A stretch of 64,000 bases of DNA from an uncultured Haloferula sp. (GCA_965652295.1 CBFGTS010000001.1:320001-384000), one strand, 5' to 3'; positions 10,571 through 20,868 are shown, counted from the stretch's first letter. Made by a program: numbers and translations. Notes: generated by a model from the sequence alone, not told the origin.

Positions 10571-10574
10571 TATC

Positions 10575-10997
10575 ATGACCGAAGACCAGAAAACACTCGT
10601 CCAGGAAAGCTGGGAACTCGTCGTTCCCATTTCCGACACCGCCGCGGAGCTGTTCTATGCCCGCCTGTTCGAGCTCGACCCCGAGCTCCGTCCCTTGTTC
10701 GCCGACGCGGACATGAAAGAGCAGGGAAAGAAGCTGATGCTGATGATCACCACCGCGGTCCGCGGCCTTGGCCGCCTCGACGAGCTGATCGGAGCCATCG
10801 AAGCCATGGGCAAGCGCCACGTCGGCTACGGCGTGAAGACCGAACACTACGACACCGTGGGCACGGCCTTGCTCGATACCCTGGAAAAGGGCCTCGGCGA
10901 GGTGTGGACGCCCGACCACAAGGAGGCGTGGGCGCTGACTTACACCACCCTGGCCGATGTGATGAAAAAGGCCTCCTACGGATCCGAGGCGGCCTGA
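10575..10997 (+). CDS. Single-domain globin (flavohemoglobin/Vgb-like globin domain)
   Basis: LVQESW, FYARLFELDPELRPLF, MGKRHVGYGV..HYDTVG.ALL. Confidence 0.92.
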   Translation: MTEDQKTLVQESWELVVPISDTAAELFYARLFELDPELRPLFADADMKEQGKKLMLMITTAVRGLGRLDELIGAIEAMGKRHVGYGVKTEHYDTVGTALLDTLEKGLGEVWTPDHKEAWALTYTTLADVMKKASYGSEAA

Positions 10998-11186
10998 GAA
11001 CCGGCCGGCGGGCCCGAGTGTGATCCGGGTTCGCCGGCGGGGAGGCTCGTGGTGTCATCAATGGCATGACCATCCCGGTCATGAACGCAGGAGTTCGGAT
11101 CGCCCGGCGGCATTCAGTTGCCTTCCAGAGCGTTCGGCTTCACCCATCATGAGCGGGGACGGTCATGCCACGACGAGCGGACCGCG

Positions 11187-12476
<1,290 letters not shown>

Positions 12477-12540
12477 CGGTGGGTCGAGTTAAGGCAGCGC
12501 CGGGCGGGTAGCAAGCGGCAAGGGGGCGCGGCGCGGGGTG

Positions 12541-12978
12541 TCAGGAAACAGGCGGCGGGTTGGCTTCGAGCCAGCGGTTGAGGATCTCGACGGCGGCGGC
12601 CTGGTCGATGACGGCCTTCTGGCGTTTGGCGTTGCGGCCGGCCTGGCGGAGCTTGGCGGAGGCATCGACGGTGGTGTGGGACTCATCGACGAACTCCAGG
12701 GGCAGCCCGGGCAGCCGGGCGGCGATCTTTTCCGCGAAGGCTCGGGCTTTGGCGGCGGCGGGACCTTCCTCGCCATCGAGGTTGAGGGGCAGGCCGACGA
12801 CGAGGGTGGCGATGCCGCGTCGCTGGCAGAGGACGGCGATGCGATCGACGGCATCCATCGTAGCCAGCGGGATGGTCTCGACCGGATGGGCGAGGATGCC
12901 GAGCGGATCCGTGGCGGCGACGCCGATGCGCGCGTCGCCGTAATCGATTCCAAGGGCGGGATGGAGGCCGGATTTCAG
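12541..12978 (-). CDS. ruvX: Holliday junction resolvase-like / pre-16S rRNA nuclease RuvX (YqgF); start codon uncertain (CTG proposed)
   Basis: ALGIDYGDARIGVA, VVGLPLNLDG, VDESHTT, IDQAAAVEIL. The conserved N-terminus lies upstream of the ATG at 12858, with no in-frame ATG/GTG/TTG before it. Confidence 0.88.
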   Translation of the reverse strand: MKSGLHPALGIDYGDARIGVAATDPLGILAHPVETIPLATMDAVDRIAVLCQRRGIATLVVGLPLNLDGEEGPAAAKARAFAEKIAARLPGLPLEFVDESHTTVDASAKLRQAGRNAKRQKAVIDQAAAVEILNRWLEANPPPVS

Positions 12979-13005
12979 ATTGAGGATTTCAGATGGAAGA
13001 TTTTC
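12971..13005. repeat. Degenerate heptamer tandem repeat (GATNNNN x5)
   Basis: GATTTCA GATTGAG GATTTCA GATGGAA GATTTTC. Confidence 0.7.
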
Positions 13006-14079
13006 CTAAAGCAACTCGGGCGGGAGCTTGGTGGAGAGGTTTTTGATCGCGTCGGCCTGGTGGCGGTTGGCGATGAGCAGGGCGTCCTCGGTCTGGACGA
13101 TGATGAGGTCATCGACGCCGAGCAGGGCGACGTGGGTGCCTTTGCGGGCGTTGAAGACGATGTTGTTCTCGGAGTCGATCTCGGAGACGGGGGTGTTGAC
13201 CTGATTGTTGTCGCCGACGGTTTCGAGGTATTTGGCGACGGAGATCCAGGAGCCGACGTCGTCCCAATCGAAGGTGGCTTCGATGTTGAGGACGCGGCGC
13301 GCCTTTTCCATGAGGGCGTAGTCGATGGAGATGGGGGTGAGCTTGGGAAACTGGGCTTCGATGGTCGCCTCGAGGTTCTTGGAGGAGCGAAGCTCGGAGA
13401 TGAAATGGCTGAGTTCCGGGGCGTGGGTGGAGAGTTCGCGGATGACGTTGGGCAGCGACCAGACGAACATGCCGGCGTTCCAGCAGAAGCCGCCCTTGGC
13501 GAGGAATTGCTCGGCGAGTTCGACGCTGGGTTTTTCGCGGAAGCGCTTCACCTCGGCGGGAGGGTGCTCGCAGCTCAGGCCGGTGATCGAGGCGCGCGGA
13601 CCGCGCTCGATGTAGCCGTAGGAGGGGCAGGGCCAGGTGGGCTTGATGCCGATGGTGACGAGGCCGTCGGATTTTTCCGCGGTGGCGATGGCATCGCGCA
13701 TGACGGAGTGGTAGGCGGCGGTGTCCTGGATGAGCTGATCGGCAGGGAGGACGAGCATGGTGGCATCCGGATCGCGGGCGGCGACGAGGCCGATGCCGAG
13801 CGCGACGGCGGGTGCGGTGTCGCGCTTGGCGGGTTCGGCGTAGATGTTCTCTGCGGGGAGCATGGAGGCGACTTCGCGGACGGCCTCGAGTTGCTTGGAG
13901 TTGGTGAGAATGAGGATGTTTTCCCGTGGGATGAGGCCTTCGAGGCGGTGGATGGTTTGCTCGAGAAGGGTGTCGGAGCCGAAGAGATTGAGGAGTTGCT
14001 TGGGCCGGGCGTCGCGGCTGAGCGGCCAGAAGCGGGTGCCGGAGCCGCCGGCGAGGATGAGAGCGTAGGTAGAGGACAT
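13006..14079 (-). CDS. manC: Mannose-1-phosphate guanylyltransferase
   Basis: ILAGGSGTRFWPLSR..RPKQLL, EPAKRDTAPA, FREKP, WNAGMF, ISIDYALME, WDDVGSW. Confidence 0.93.
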   Translation of the reverse strand: MSSTYALILAGGSGTRFWPLSRDARPKQLLNLFGSDTLLEQTIHRLEGLIPRENILILTNSKQLEAVREVASMLPAENIYAEPAKRDTAPAVALGIGLVAARDPDATMLVLPADQLIQDTAAYHSVMRDAIATAEKSDGLVTIGIKPTWPCPSYGYIERGPRASITGLSCEHPPAEVKRFREKPSVELAEQFLAKGGFCWNAGMFVWSLPNVIRELSTHAPELSHFISELRSSKNLEATIEAQFPKLTPISIDYALMEKARRVLNIEATFDWDDVGSWISVAKYLETVGDNNQVNTPVSEIDSENNIVFNARKGTHVALLGVDDLIIVQTEDALLIANRHQADAIKNLSTKLPPELL

Positions 14080-14223
14080 GAAGGAAGCGGAAGACGGGGT
14101 TGCGGCGGGAGTCTATCGATGAGGGGATCGACCGGAAGCCTGAATGCCTTGGGTGCCGCGTGGGCGGGTGAGGGCGGCGTTTTCGGGAGTTGTCGCCGGG
14201 CGGGTCCCTGCTAACTTCCGCTC

Positions 14224-14529
14224 ATGCCGATCGAAGAAGATGAAATGGCGCACGATTGGACGGACGCATCCGCGATGGTCTCGCCCGCACTCCTGGGAGC
14301 GGCCGCGGGCCTGATCCTCGGTGACATCATGCATGAGAACGCCCGCCGCGGGATCGCGATCGCGCTGGCGGCTTTGGGCGTGGCGGCGCTTTTGCCGAAA
14401 GCGGTGACCGGAATCGTGCACAAGGTGAACGGGCCGGAAAGCCAGCGGGGCGTGCAGCGCCGGCTACGGGGGATCCGTGACGCCGGCGACGGGGTGGAGA
14501 GCCTGCTGGATGAAACCGGCGTGATCTGA
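14224..14529 (+). CDS. Small membrane hypothetical protein
   Basis: Two hydrophobic segments; coding-like codon usage. Confidence 0.65.
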   Translation: MPIEEDEMAHDWTDASAMVSPALLGAAAGLILGDIMHENARRGIAIALAALGVAALLPKAVTGIVHKVNGPESQRGVQRRLRGIRDAGDGVESLLDETGVI

Positions 14530-14630
14530 CCGGATGCGGATCGCCGTTGTGGCGGATACGTTCGTATTTGTCCGGGTCTCTGCCGTTGACCCCTGCGCGG
14601 GTGAGTGGCAGGTTTCGTTCAGTCAGATCC

Positions 14631-15317
14631 ATGAAAGCCTCTCTCTTCTGTCTTCCTCTCGCCTGCTGTTTCGTTGCCTCGTGCGGGTCCGGCGGGCCCT
14701 CGTCGGTTTCCTCCTCGACCTTCGATCCGCTGAACGCGGCGGGAGGTGTTTCGCAGCCGACGAGCATGGCTGGCCAGCAAACCCTCAGCCCGGGTGAATT
14801 CGTTCAGGCCCTGACGGACAACACGGCTCTGTTCAAGAACCGTGGCGACGACACCGCGGCGAAGCTGCTCTCTCGCGGGACGACCATGAAGGTGATCTCG
14901 GACGATGGCAGCTATGCCAAGGTGGAGCTGGATGACGGCAACGTGGGATACGTGCCCTCGGTTCAGATTGGGAATCCCTCACAGTCCATGGCGGCGGATG
15001 CTGGGACGGGTAGCGAGGTTCAGGTGTGGCCGCCGGTGGGATCGACCATCCCGCTGCCTCCCGCCGACCCGGGAGCGCCCCCGGGAGCGCCCCCGGAAGG
15101 GGCCGCGGGTGATGGGGCTCCGACCTTGCCGCCGGTGATCGATCCGGATGCACCTGCCGAGCTGCCACCGTTGCCGGACGATGCACCCACGCCGGGCCTG
15201 GGTTCGGCGCCGCCGCTCGAACCGGCCCCGGCCGCCGAGGAAGCACCGAAGGAGAAGCCCGACGCGACGGAAACCACGGCGGATGAGGAAACGCCCTCCG
15301 ACGCCGAGATGGAGTAA
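14631..15317 (+). CDS. SH3-like domain lipoprotein with Pro-rich tail
   Basis: Lipobox VASC; LSRGTTMKVI..YAKVELDDGNVGYVP resembles bacterial SH3. Confidence 0.7.
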   Translation: MKASLFCLPLACCFVASCGSGGPSSVSSSTFDPLNAAGGVSQPTSMAGQQTLSPGEFVQALTDNTALFKNRGDDTAAKLLSRGTTMKVISDDGSYAKVELDDGNVGYVPSVQIGNPSQSMAADAGTGSEVQVWPPVGSTIPLPPADPGAPPGAPPEGAAGDGAPTLPPVIDPDAPAELPPLPDDAPTPGLGSAPPLEPAPAAEEAPKEKPDATETTADEETPSDAEME

Positions 15318-15337
15318 CCGTTCGATTTTCCCCAATC

Positions 15338-15372
15338 AAAAAGCCGCGATCCCTGAGGGATCGCGGCTTTTT
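15338..15372. terminator. Bidirectional intrinsic terminator
   Basis: AAAAAGCCGCGATCCC-TGA-GGGATCGCGGCTTTTT between convergent genes. Confidence 0.85.
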
Positions 15373-15388
15373 CATGAGGAGAGGGCGA

Positions 15389-15883
15389 TCAGGAAAGCTC
15401 TTTCAGAGCTGCCTTCACGGCATCGAAATCCGGAAGGTCCTTCGGATGCTCGGAGACCTGCACGTGGCGGACGATCCCTTGCTGGTCGATGACGAACGCC
15501 GAGCGCTTGGCGACGCCGCCCATGATGAGATTGGCCTCTGGCAGGAATTGCTCGTAGGCGACTCCGTAGGCCTTGGCGACCTCATGCTCGTAGTCGCTGA
15601 GCAGCTTGATGCCGATCCCGGCCTTCTGCGCCCACGCTTCCTGGGCGAAAGGATTGTCGCCGGAGATGCCGACGACGGTCGCCGACAGCGCCTCGTAGTC
15701 GGAGATGCCGGCGCTGATGTCGCAGAACTCCTGGGTGCAGACGCCGGTGAAGGCCATCGGCACGAAGAGTAGGACGAGGTTCGACTTCGCGGTGAGGTCG
15801 GAGAGTTTCACAAGTTCCGGACCGTCGGGTCCCTTGGAAACGAGAGTAAAGTCAGGGGCGATGTCGCCGATTTGGAGTGCCAT
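15389..15883 (-). CDS. Peroxiredoxin (AhpC/TSA, AhpE/BCP-like)
   Basis: APDFTL, PMAFTGVCTQEFC, GISGD, LLSD, KRSAFVID. Confidence 0.9.
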   Translation of the reverse strand: MALQIGDIAPDFTLVSKGPDGPELVKLSDLTAKSNLVLLFVPMAFTGVCTQEFCDISAGISDYEALSATVVGISGDNPFAQEAWAQKAGIGIKLLSDYEHEVAKAYGVAYEQFLPEANLIMGGVAKRSAFVIDQQGIVRHVQVSEHPKDLPDFDAVKAALKELS

Positions 15884-15950
15884 AAGTAGTAACGGAGGGT
15901 TAGGTTCGCGGCGCAGCATAAGGCCCGGCCCTCAGAGGTCAACGTAGCGC

Positions 15951-17219
15951 ATGGATTTCGAATTTTCCCAAACCGGCCGCGAGCTTGCCGGCGGCAGTGG
16001 CATCGGCGAACTGATGGAAGACCTCGGTCACGCCCTTGCCACCGGTGGCGATGTGAAAATGTTGGGCGGCGGCCAACCGGCGCACCTGCCGGAGGTGAAC
16101 TCGATCTGGCGGAGGCGGATGGAGGAAATCCTCTCCGAGCCGGGAGCGCTGGAAAAGGCCCTGGCGAGCTACGATCCCCCTCGCGGGAATCCCGGCTTCC
16201 TCTCCGCACTTGCGCGACTCTTCCGCGAGCGCTTCGGGTGGGAGGTGAGCGAGGAGAATCTGGCGGTGACGGCCGGGGGGCAGACGGCCTTCTTTTTCCT
16301 ATTCAATCTCCTGGCAGGTCTGATGCCGGACGGCCGGAAAAAGAAGATCCTGCTGCCGCTGGTTCCGGAATACATCGGCTACGCCAACCAGGGAGCGTCC
16401 GGCGATATTTTCCTCGCTGTGCCGCCGGTGGTCGAAAAGACCGGTCCGCACGAGTTCAAATACCGCGTCGATTTCGAGCGCCTGGAGATCACTCCTGAGA
16501 TCGCCGCGATCTGCGTCTCCCGGCCGACCAATCCCACCGGCAACGTCCTGACGGATGAGGAGATCGGGCGTCTTTCCGAGCTGGCAAAGCGCCACGGCAT
16601 CCCGTTGATCATCGACAATGCCTACGGTGCGCCTTTTCCGGGGATCATTTTCACCGACGCCACCCCGGTCTGGGACGAACACATCATCCTGACCCTCAGC
16701 CTTTCCAAGCTCGGCCTGCCGGGAACCCGCACGGGAATCGTCGTCGCCCATCCCAAAATCGCCGCCGCCATCGCCTCCATGAGTTCGATCGTGGGCCTAG
16801 CCAACCCGAACCTCGGGCAGGCGATCGTGAAACCGCTTCTGGAAAACGGGGAGATTCTCCGGCTCTCGGCGGAGACCATCCGCCCTTTTTATCGGGCGAA
16901 ATCCCGCCAAGCCATCGCCTGGGTGGAGGAATCCTTTGGCGACGACTTCGATTACTATATTCATCGTAGCGAAGGAGCCCTGTTCCTCTGGCTGTGGTTC
17001 CCGGGGATTCCCATTTCCTCCGCGGAACTGTACGAGCGGCTGAAAAAGCGGGGCGTGCTCGTGGTTCCCGGCCACTATTTCTTTTTCGGGCTGGGCGAGA
17101 CGCCCTGCTCCTATCGCAATGAGTGCCTGCGGATTTCATATGCGATGGGCGACGTGCCCGTGCGGGAGGGTATCCGGATCATCGGCGAGGAGGTTCGGAT
17201 CGCCCTCAAATCTCTCTGA
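15951..17219 (+). CDS. avtA: Valine--pyruvate transaminase
   Basis: MLGGGQPAH, PEYIGY, SRPTNPTGNVLTD, IDNAYG, SLSKLGLPGTRTG. Confidence 0.9.
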   Translation: MDFEFSQTGRELAGGSGIGELMEDLGHALATGGDVKMLGGGQPAHLPEVNSIWRRRMEEILSEPGALEKALASYDPPRGNPGFLSALARLFRERFGWEVSEENLAVTAGGQTAFFFLFNLLAGLMPDGRKKKILLPLVPEYIGYANQGASGDIFLAVPPVVEKTGPHEFKYRVDFERLEITPEIAAICVSRPTNPTGNVLTDEEIGRLSELAKRHGIPLIIDNAYGAPFPGIIFTDATPVWDEHIILTLSLSKLGLPGTRTGIVVAHPKIAAAIASMSSIVGLANPNLGQAIVKPLLENGEILRLSAETIRPFYRAKSRQAIAWVEESFGDDFDYYIHRSEGALFLWLWFPGIPISSAELYERLKKRGVLVVPGHYFFFGLGETPCSYRNECLRISYAMGDVPVREGIRIIGEEVRIALKSL

Positions 17220-17421
17220 ATTAGACGGTTATCCGGTTTTTTGAAGGACCGTCGAGCGGTGGAGGGCGGGTTGAACGCCTCCGCGATCACGTAAGTATTT
17301 AGGGATTCCGGTTTTTCGATTTAGGTGGATGATCGGGACGTGCGGCTGATACCGCACACCGTCCACCTCCCCCGGAGGACGTTCCCCCTAAATCGAGTTC
17401 ACCCCCAACTCACTCCCCCCC

Positions 17422-18141
17422 ATGAAGACACGACTCCCCCAGTCGGTTTGCGCCCTCGTCGCGCTAGCTATCACCGCCCTCGGCGGATCCTCCCACGCCA
17501 GCGACATTCCTGTCGGTTTCATCAACGCCTCCCCGGGCGTGGTCAAAGTAGGCACCTTTCCAGAGCTGGATTGGCAGATCAAATACCCGGTGAAGCTGGA
17601 TGACCTCGTGAAGGTCTCCTCCCCGGGCACGATCATTCCGAAGACCGATCTGGACATGAAAGTCCGCCTCCTCGGCGCGGGCGTGACGCTCAGCTACTCG
17701 AACGGCTCGAACCTGACCTTCGTTCACACCGAAGGTTACTTCAGCTACAACGGTGGCCACTGGCAGAAGCTTTTCGCGGGCACCAACGACGATGTCGACC
17801 AGAGCGAGGTGCTCAAGTCGCAGAAGGTGACCGCCGGCAAGTCGATCCGCTTCGGAGGTCGCTACTGGCACAACAGCTGGTCCTCCTTCTACAGCTCCAA
17901 CGACGGCACTCAGAACGTCCGGGTGCTCAAGGACGGCGACTCGATCCCGACCACCTACGACGTCGCGAATTCCCCGACCCTTGAGCAGTTCATCAAGCCT
18001 TACCTCGATGCGGGCGGCAAGGTGGACATCGGACCGATGGACATGATCGTGATGCTGGAGCTGACCCACACCGACAGCCAGCGGTACCAAAGTGGCTACG
18101 ACCTACAGGATCTCGTATTTCTCGTGACCTTCAGTGAATAG
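17422..18141 (+). CDS. Exported hypothetical protein
   Basis: Signal peptide; beta-rich; C-terminal LELTHTD..YDLQDLVFLVTF is reminiscent of DUF4114-type ends. Confidence 0.75.
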   Translation: MKTRLPQSVCALVALAITALGGSSHASDIPVGFINASPGVVKVGTFPELDWQIKYPVKLDDLVKVSSPGTIIPKTDLDMKVRLLGAGVTLSYSNGSNLTFVHTEGYFSYNGGHWQKLFAGTNDDVDQSEVLKSQKVTAGKSIRFGGRYWHNSWSSFYSSNDGTQNVRVLKDGDSIPTTYDVANSPTLEQFIKPYLDAGGKVDIGPMDMIVMLELTHTDSQRYQSGYDLQDLVFLVTFSE

Positions 18142-18174
18142 TAGACTCCGGCCGATCCACACCCCACCGCACCC

Positions 18175-19200
18175 ATGAAGACCGCCCTCCACACACTCGC
18201 CGTTTCCCTCCTGGGGCTGTCCGCAGTGTCCGGGCAGTCCTCCGACTACACCAACTTCATCCGCCAGGTCCTGCTCGGCAGCGACCCGGCGATCTACTGG
18301 GATGTCAGCGTGGAATCCAAAGGAGAGCGGCTTTCTCCGGTGGCCCTGGATCTCGCCGGGGCCCGCTACGAGCTCTGGACGGTGAAGTCCAAACCGTGGA
18401 CCTCCTACCTGCTGGACACCGCCTACGTCAGCGCCTTTGCGCCGGAGGCGGAGATCGTCATCGAAACCCTTGACCCCGATGGCGGCACCGTGCCCCGCAC
18501 CCGCGCCGACCAGCCTTTCAGTGTTGAGATCCAGGTGAAGGGCCTCCTTTCCGGGAACGACGCCCCCGCGGCTTCGAAGTCCGTCCGTCTCCTGCATCAC
18601 GTCCAGTCGTACGGCGGCACGAATGGCGAGAACATCGATCGCACCCAGGCGGACTTGTTCGCCCAGTCCGTGATCGATAAGAACGGCAAGACCACCCTCG
18701 ACTACGGGATGACGAACATCCCGGTTTCCGACCTTACAAGGGTCCGTGGCGAAGAGCGTTTCTCGGTCTACACGAGGAAGGACGACGGCACCCTGGATGA
18801 GCAGCTTTGCTCGCGCTACGTGATCGTCTGGCCGATCACCCAGGTCGCGATCACCGGGCTGAAAAAGGACGCGTTGATCCGTTTCGAGACACCCGACGTC
18901 AACATCCAGGTGGTGGACATGTATCCGAAGTCCTACACCTACACGCAGATCTATCCCGGCCACCCGAAGCTCGGCATGGCGGGAACCAAGATTCCATCCG
19001 CGCAGCGCCAGCTCGATCAGGCCATCCCGGCCAGCAAGACCTGGCGGATCAGCAATCTGGGCGACTACCTGACGAAGGACGGGCGTTGGACGCTCGAGGT
19101 GGTGACCGAAACCGTCTTCGGCAAGGAACGGCTGGGCTACGTCTCCTTCGATGTCGATCGCAGCCTGGAAGTTCGCTCGCTCATCTCGACCCTGGAATAA
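18175..19200 (+). CDS. Exported hypothetical protein (beta-rich)
   Basis: Signal peptide MKTALHTLAVSLLGLSAVSG; strong GC3 bias. Confidence 0.75.
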   Translation: MKTALHTLAVSLLGLSAVSGQSSDYTNFIRQVLLGSDPAIYWDVSVESKGERLSPVALDLAGARYELWTVKSKPWTSYLLDTAYVSAFAPEAEIVIETLDPDGGTVPRTRADQPFSVEIQVKGLLSGNDAPAASKSVRLLHHVQSYGGTNGENIDRTQADLFAQSVIDKNGKTTLDYGMTNIPVSDLTRVRGEERFSVYTRKDDGTLDEQLCSRYVIVWPITQVAITGLKKDALIRFETPDVNIQVVDMYPKSYTYTQIYPGHPKLGMAGTKIPSAQRQLDQAIPASKTWRISNLGDYLTKDGRWTLEVVTETVFGKERLGYVSFDVDRSLEVRSLISTLE

Positions 19201-19219
19201 ACCTCCGCCTTCTCCCGTT

Positions 19220-19750
19220 ATGAAACTCCCTGAAGTTTTCTGCCTCTTCGGTCTCGCCATCCTGTCCATCGCCCAGGCGGAGGAAATGCGCGAAGCTCCG
19301 ACTCACGAAGAGATTCTCCACCGGCTGCGCGTCCAGCGGCAGAATGATCCGATGAAGGATCTCCAGATCGTGGAAGGCGATGATCCATCGAAGACCAACC
19401 GGCCCGCCGATATTCTGGAAACCTCGGAATTCCTCTCCTTTTCCGGCCTGACGACGCTGGTGCCGAAGGGTGCCGTGCTTCATGTTCCGGCCCACCTCCA
19501 GACGCGGATCGGCAACCAGAGTGGAACGCGCATCGTGACCTGGTCCCAGTTTCTGGCCGAGAACCGTTCATGGATCGAGGTGGTGGAGTTCCAATTCGCC
19601 CAGGTCGCTGGCAAGGAGCCGTTGCCTGCCGGCCTGATCGGAAGCATGAAGGACTCACGTCGCATCATGGTGGCAGCCGTTCAAGGAGGGCCGATCTCGG
19701 TGCCCCCGGCGAAGATCGAGGAAGCGCGGGCCGCCGCCGAGGCGAAGTGA
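19220..19750 (+). CDS. Exported hypothetical protein
   Basis: Signal peptide MKLPEVFCLFGLAILSIAQA; TLVPKGAVLHVP. Confidence 0.7.
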   Translation: MKLPEVFCLFGLAILSIAQAEEMREAPTHEEILHRLRVQRQNDPMKDLQIVEGDDPSKTNRPADILETSEFLSFSGLTTLVPKGAVLHVPAHLQTRIGNQSGTRIVTWSQFLAENRSWIEVVEFQFAQVAGKEPLPAGLIGSMKDSRRIMVAAVQGGPISVPPAKIEEARAAAEAK

Positions 19751-19821
19751 CGCCGACCGCCAGGCTCACGGACTGAGCCATCATTTTCCGCCGGTCGTGC
19801 CGGCGCGAAGGGAACAGAACG

Positions 19822-19856
19822 AAACGCGCTGGTGTGGGACACCAGCGCGTTTTTTT
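19822..19856 (+). terminator. Intrinsic terminator
   Basis: AAACGCGCTGGTGT-GGG-ACACCAGCGCGTTTTTTT after the three-gene operon. Confidence 0.8.
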
Positions 19857-20227
19857 GGCAACGCCGGCAAGGAACACCCTCCCAAGAGGGGCTGCGGTTC
19901 TTCGCGCTCGGCGGGGACGGACTGATAAAATTTTTACGATTCTGAGTGGGGCGATGCAGCCGCTTGAGGAGGAAGCGGGTCTGCGATGAGGCGCCGCACG
20001 CAGGAACGAAAACCGGGAATGCTTCCGAGTACACTCCGAATCCCAAAGTACACCTGAGGTACACCGCAAGTTCCCAAGATGGACGGGGAGGGTGGTTTTC
20101 TAAAAAAACAGACCCTTGTTTAAGCCGTTTAGAAGGACTTGGAACACTGAAGTCCACTGGAAAACACCTCGTAACTCACTGATTGATAGTGATTTAAAAA
20201 TTATTCACAACGGCTCGAATTTCTCTT

Positions 20228-20252
20228 GCGGGTTTTAGTGTACTTTGGTGTA
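20228..20252 (+). promoter_or_regulatory. Putative MraZ-binding dcw boxes (10-bp periodic GTG repeats)
   Basis: GCGGG (20228), GTGTA (20238), GTGTA (20248) just upstream of mraZ. Confidence 0.55.
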
Positions 20253-20287
20253 GTTGGCGCACGGCAAATTCCGCCCGCCCCCTTTGA

Positions 20288-20743
20288 ATGTCCGCAACCG
20301 TCCAGAATCTGGAGAACCACTTTGTCCACAAGATGGACTCGAAGAACCGCGTGTCGGTTCCGACCGAGTTCCGTTTGGTGGAGGAGGGGACGCCGATTCG
20401 GATCATGCGCTCCAGCGAGCACGGCGAGCCGGTGATCAAGGTGTTCACCGAGGATCACTACCAAGGGAAGTTCGAGGAGATCGAGCAGGCCGAGGGGCTG
20501 CTGCCCGCCAAGAAGAAGCAGCTCGTGAGCGCGCTGCGCATGTTTTCCAAGCAAGTGACCATCAGTCCCCAGGGCAAGCTGACGCTGCCGAAGGACTGGT
20601 GCGACAAGGTCGGCCTCCGGGCCGAAGAGCACGCGGTCCTCGGGGGCTGCGGCGATTATTTCATTATCTGCAGTCAGGACGCCATGACCCGCATGGAGGA
20701 GAGCCTCCGCGATCTCGACGACGGCGGCCTCGGCGTCCTGTAA
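20288..20743 (+). CDS. mraZ: Division/cell wall cluster regulator MraZ
   Basis: HKMDSKNRVSVP.EFR and VTISPQGKLTLP AbrB-like repeats; heads the dcw cluster. Confidence 0.88.
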   Translation: MSATVQNLENHFVHKMDSKNRVSVPTEFRLVEEGTPIRIMRSSEHGEPVIKVFTEDHYQGKFEEIEQAEGLLPAKKKQLVSALRMFSKQVTISPQGKLTLPKDWCDKVGLRAEEHAVLGGCGDYFIICSQDAMTRMEESLRDLDDGGLGVL

Positions 20744-20780
20744 CCAAGATTTTCACCCAACGAACGACGACATGCTGTTC

Positions 20781-20858
20781 GCCCAACCAACCCTGGCATC
20801 CGGCACCACCCGCCCGGAAGCACCCACTTCCTCCTTCGGGCGGATGTCGGGGTTGGGC
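20781..20858 (+). ncRNA. Long leader hairpin with pyrimidine-rich loop (mraW-motif-like candidate)
   Basis: Nested stems GCCCAACC/GGTTGGGC, CCTGGCATCC/GGATGTCGGG and CGCCCGGAAG/CTTCGGGCG; loop CACCCACTTCCTC. Confidence 0.5.
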
Positions 20859-20868
20859 ATGTTTTTCC

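Noticed and set aside
11003..11038. Hairpin after the globin gene as a terminator
   Set aside because: It is a GC stem with G-U pairs but no U-tract; too weak to call.
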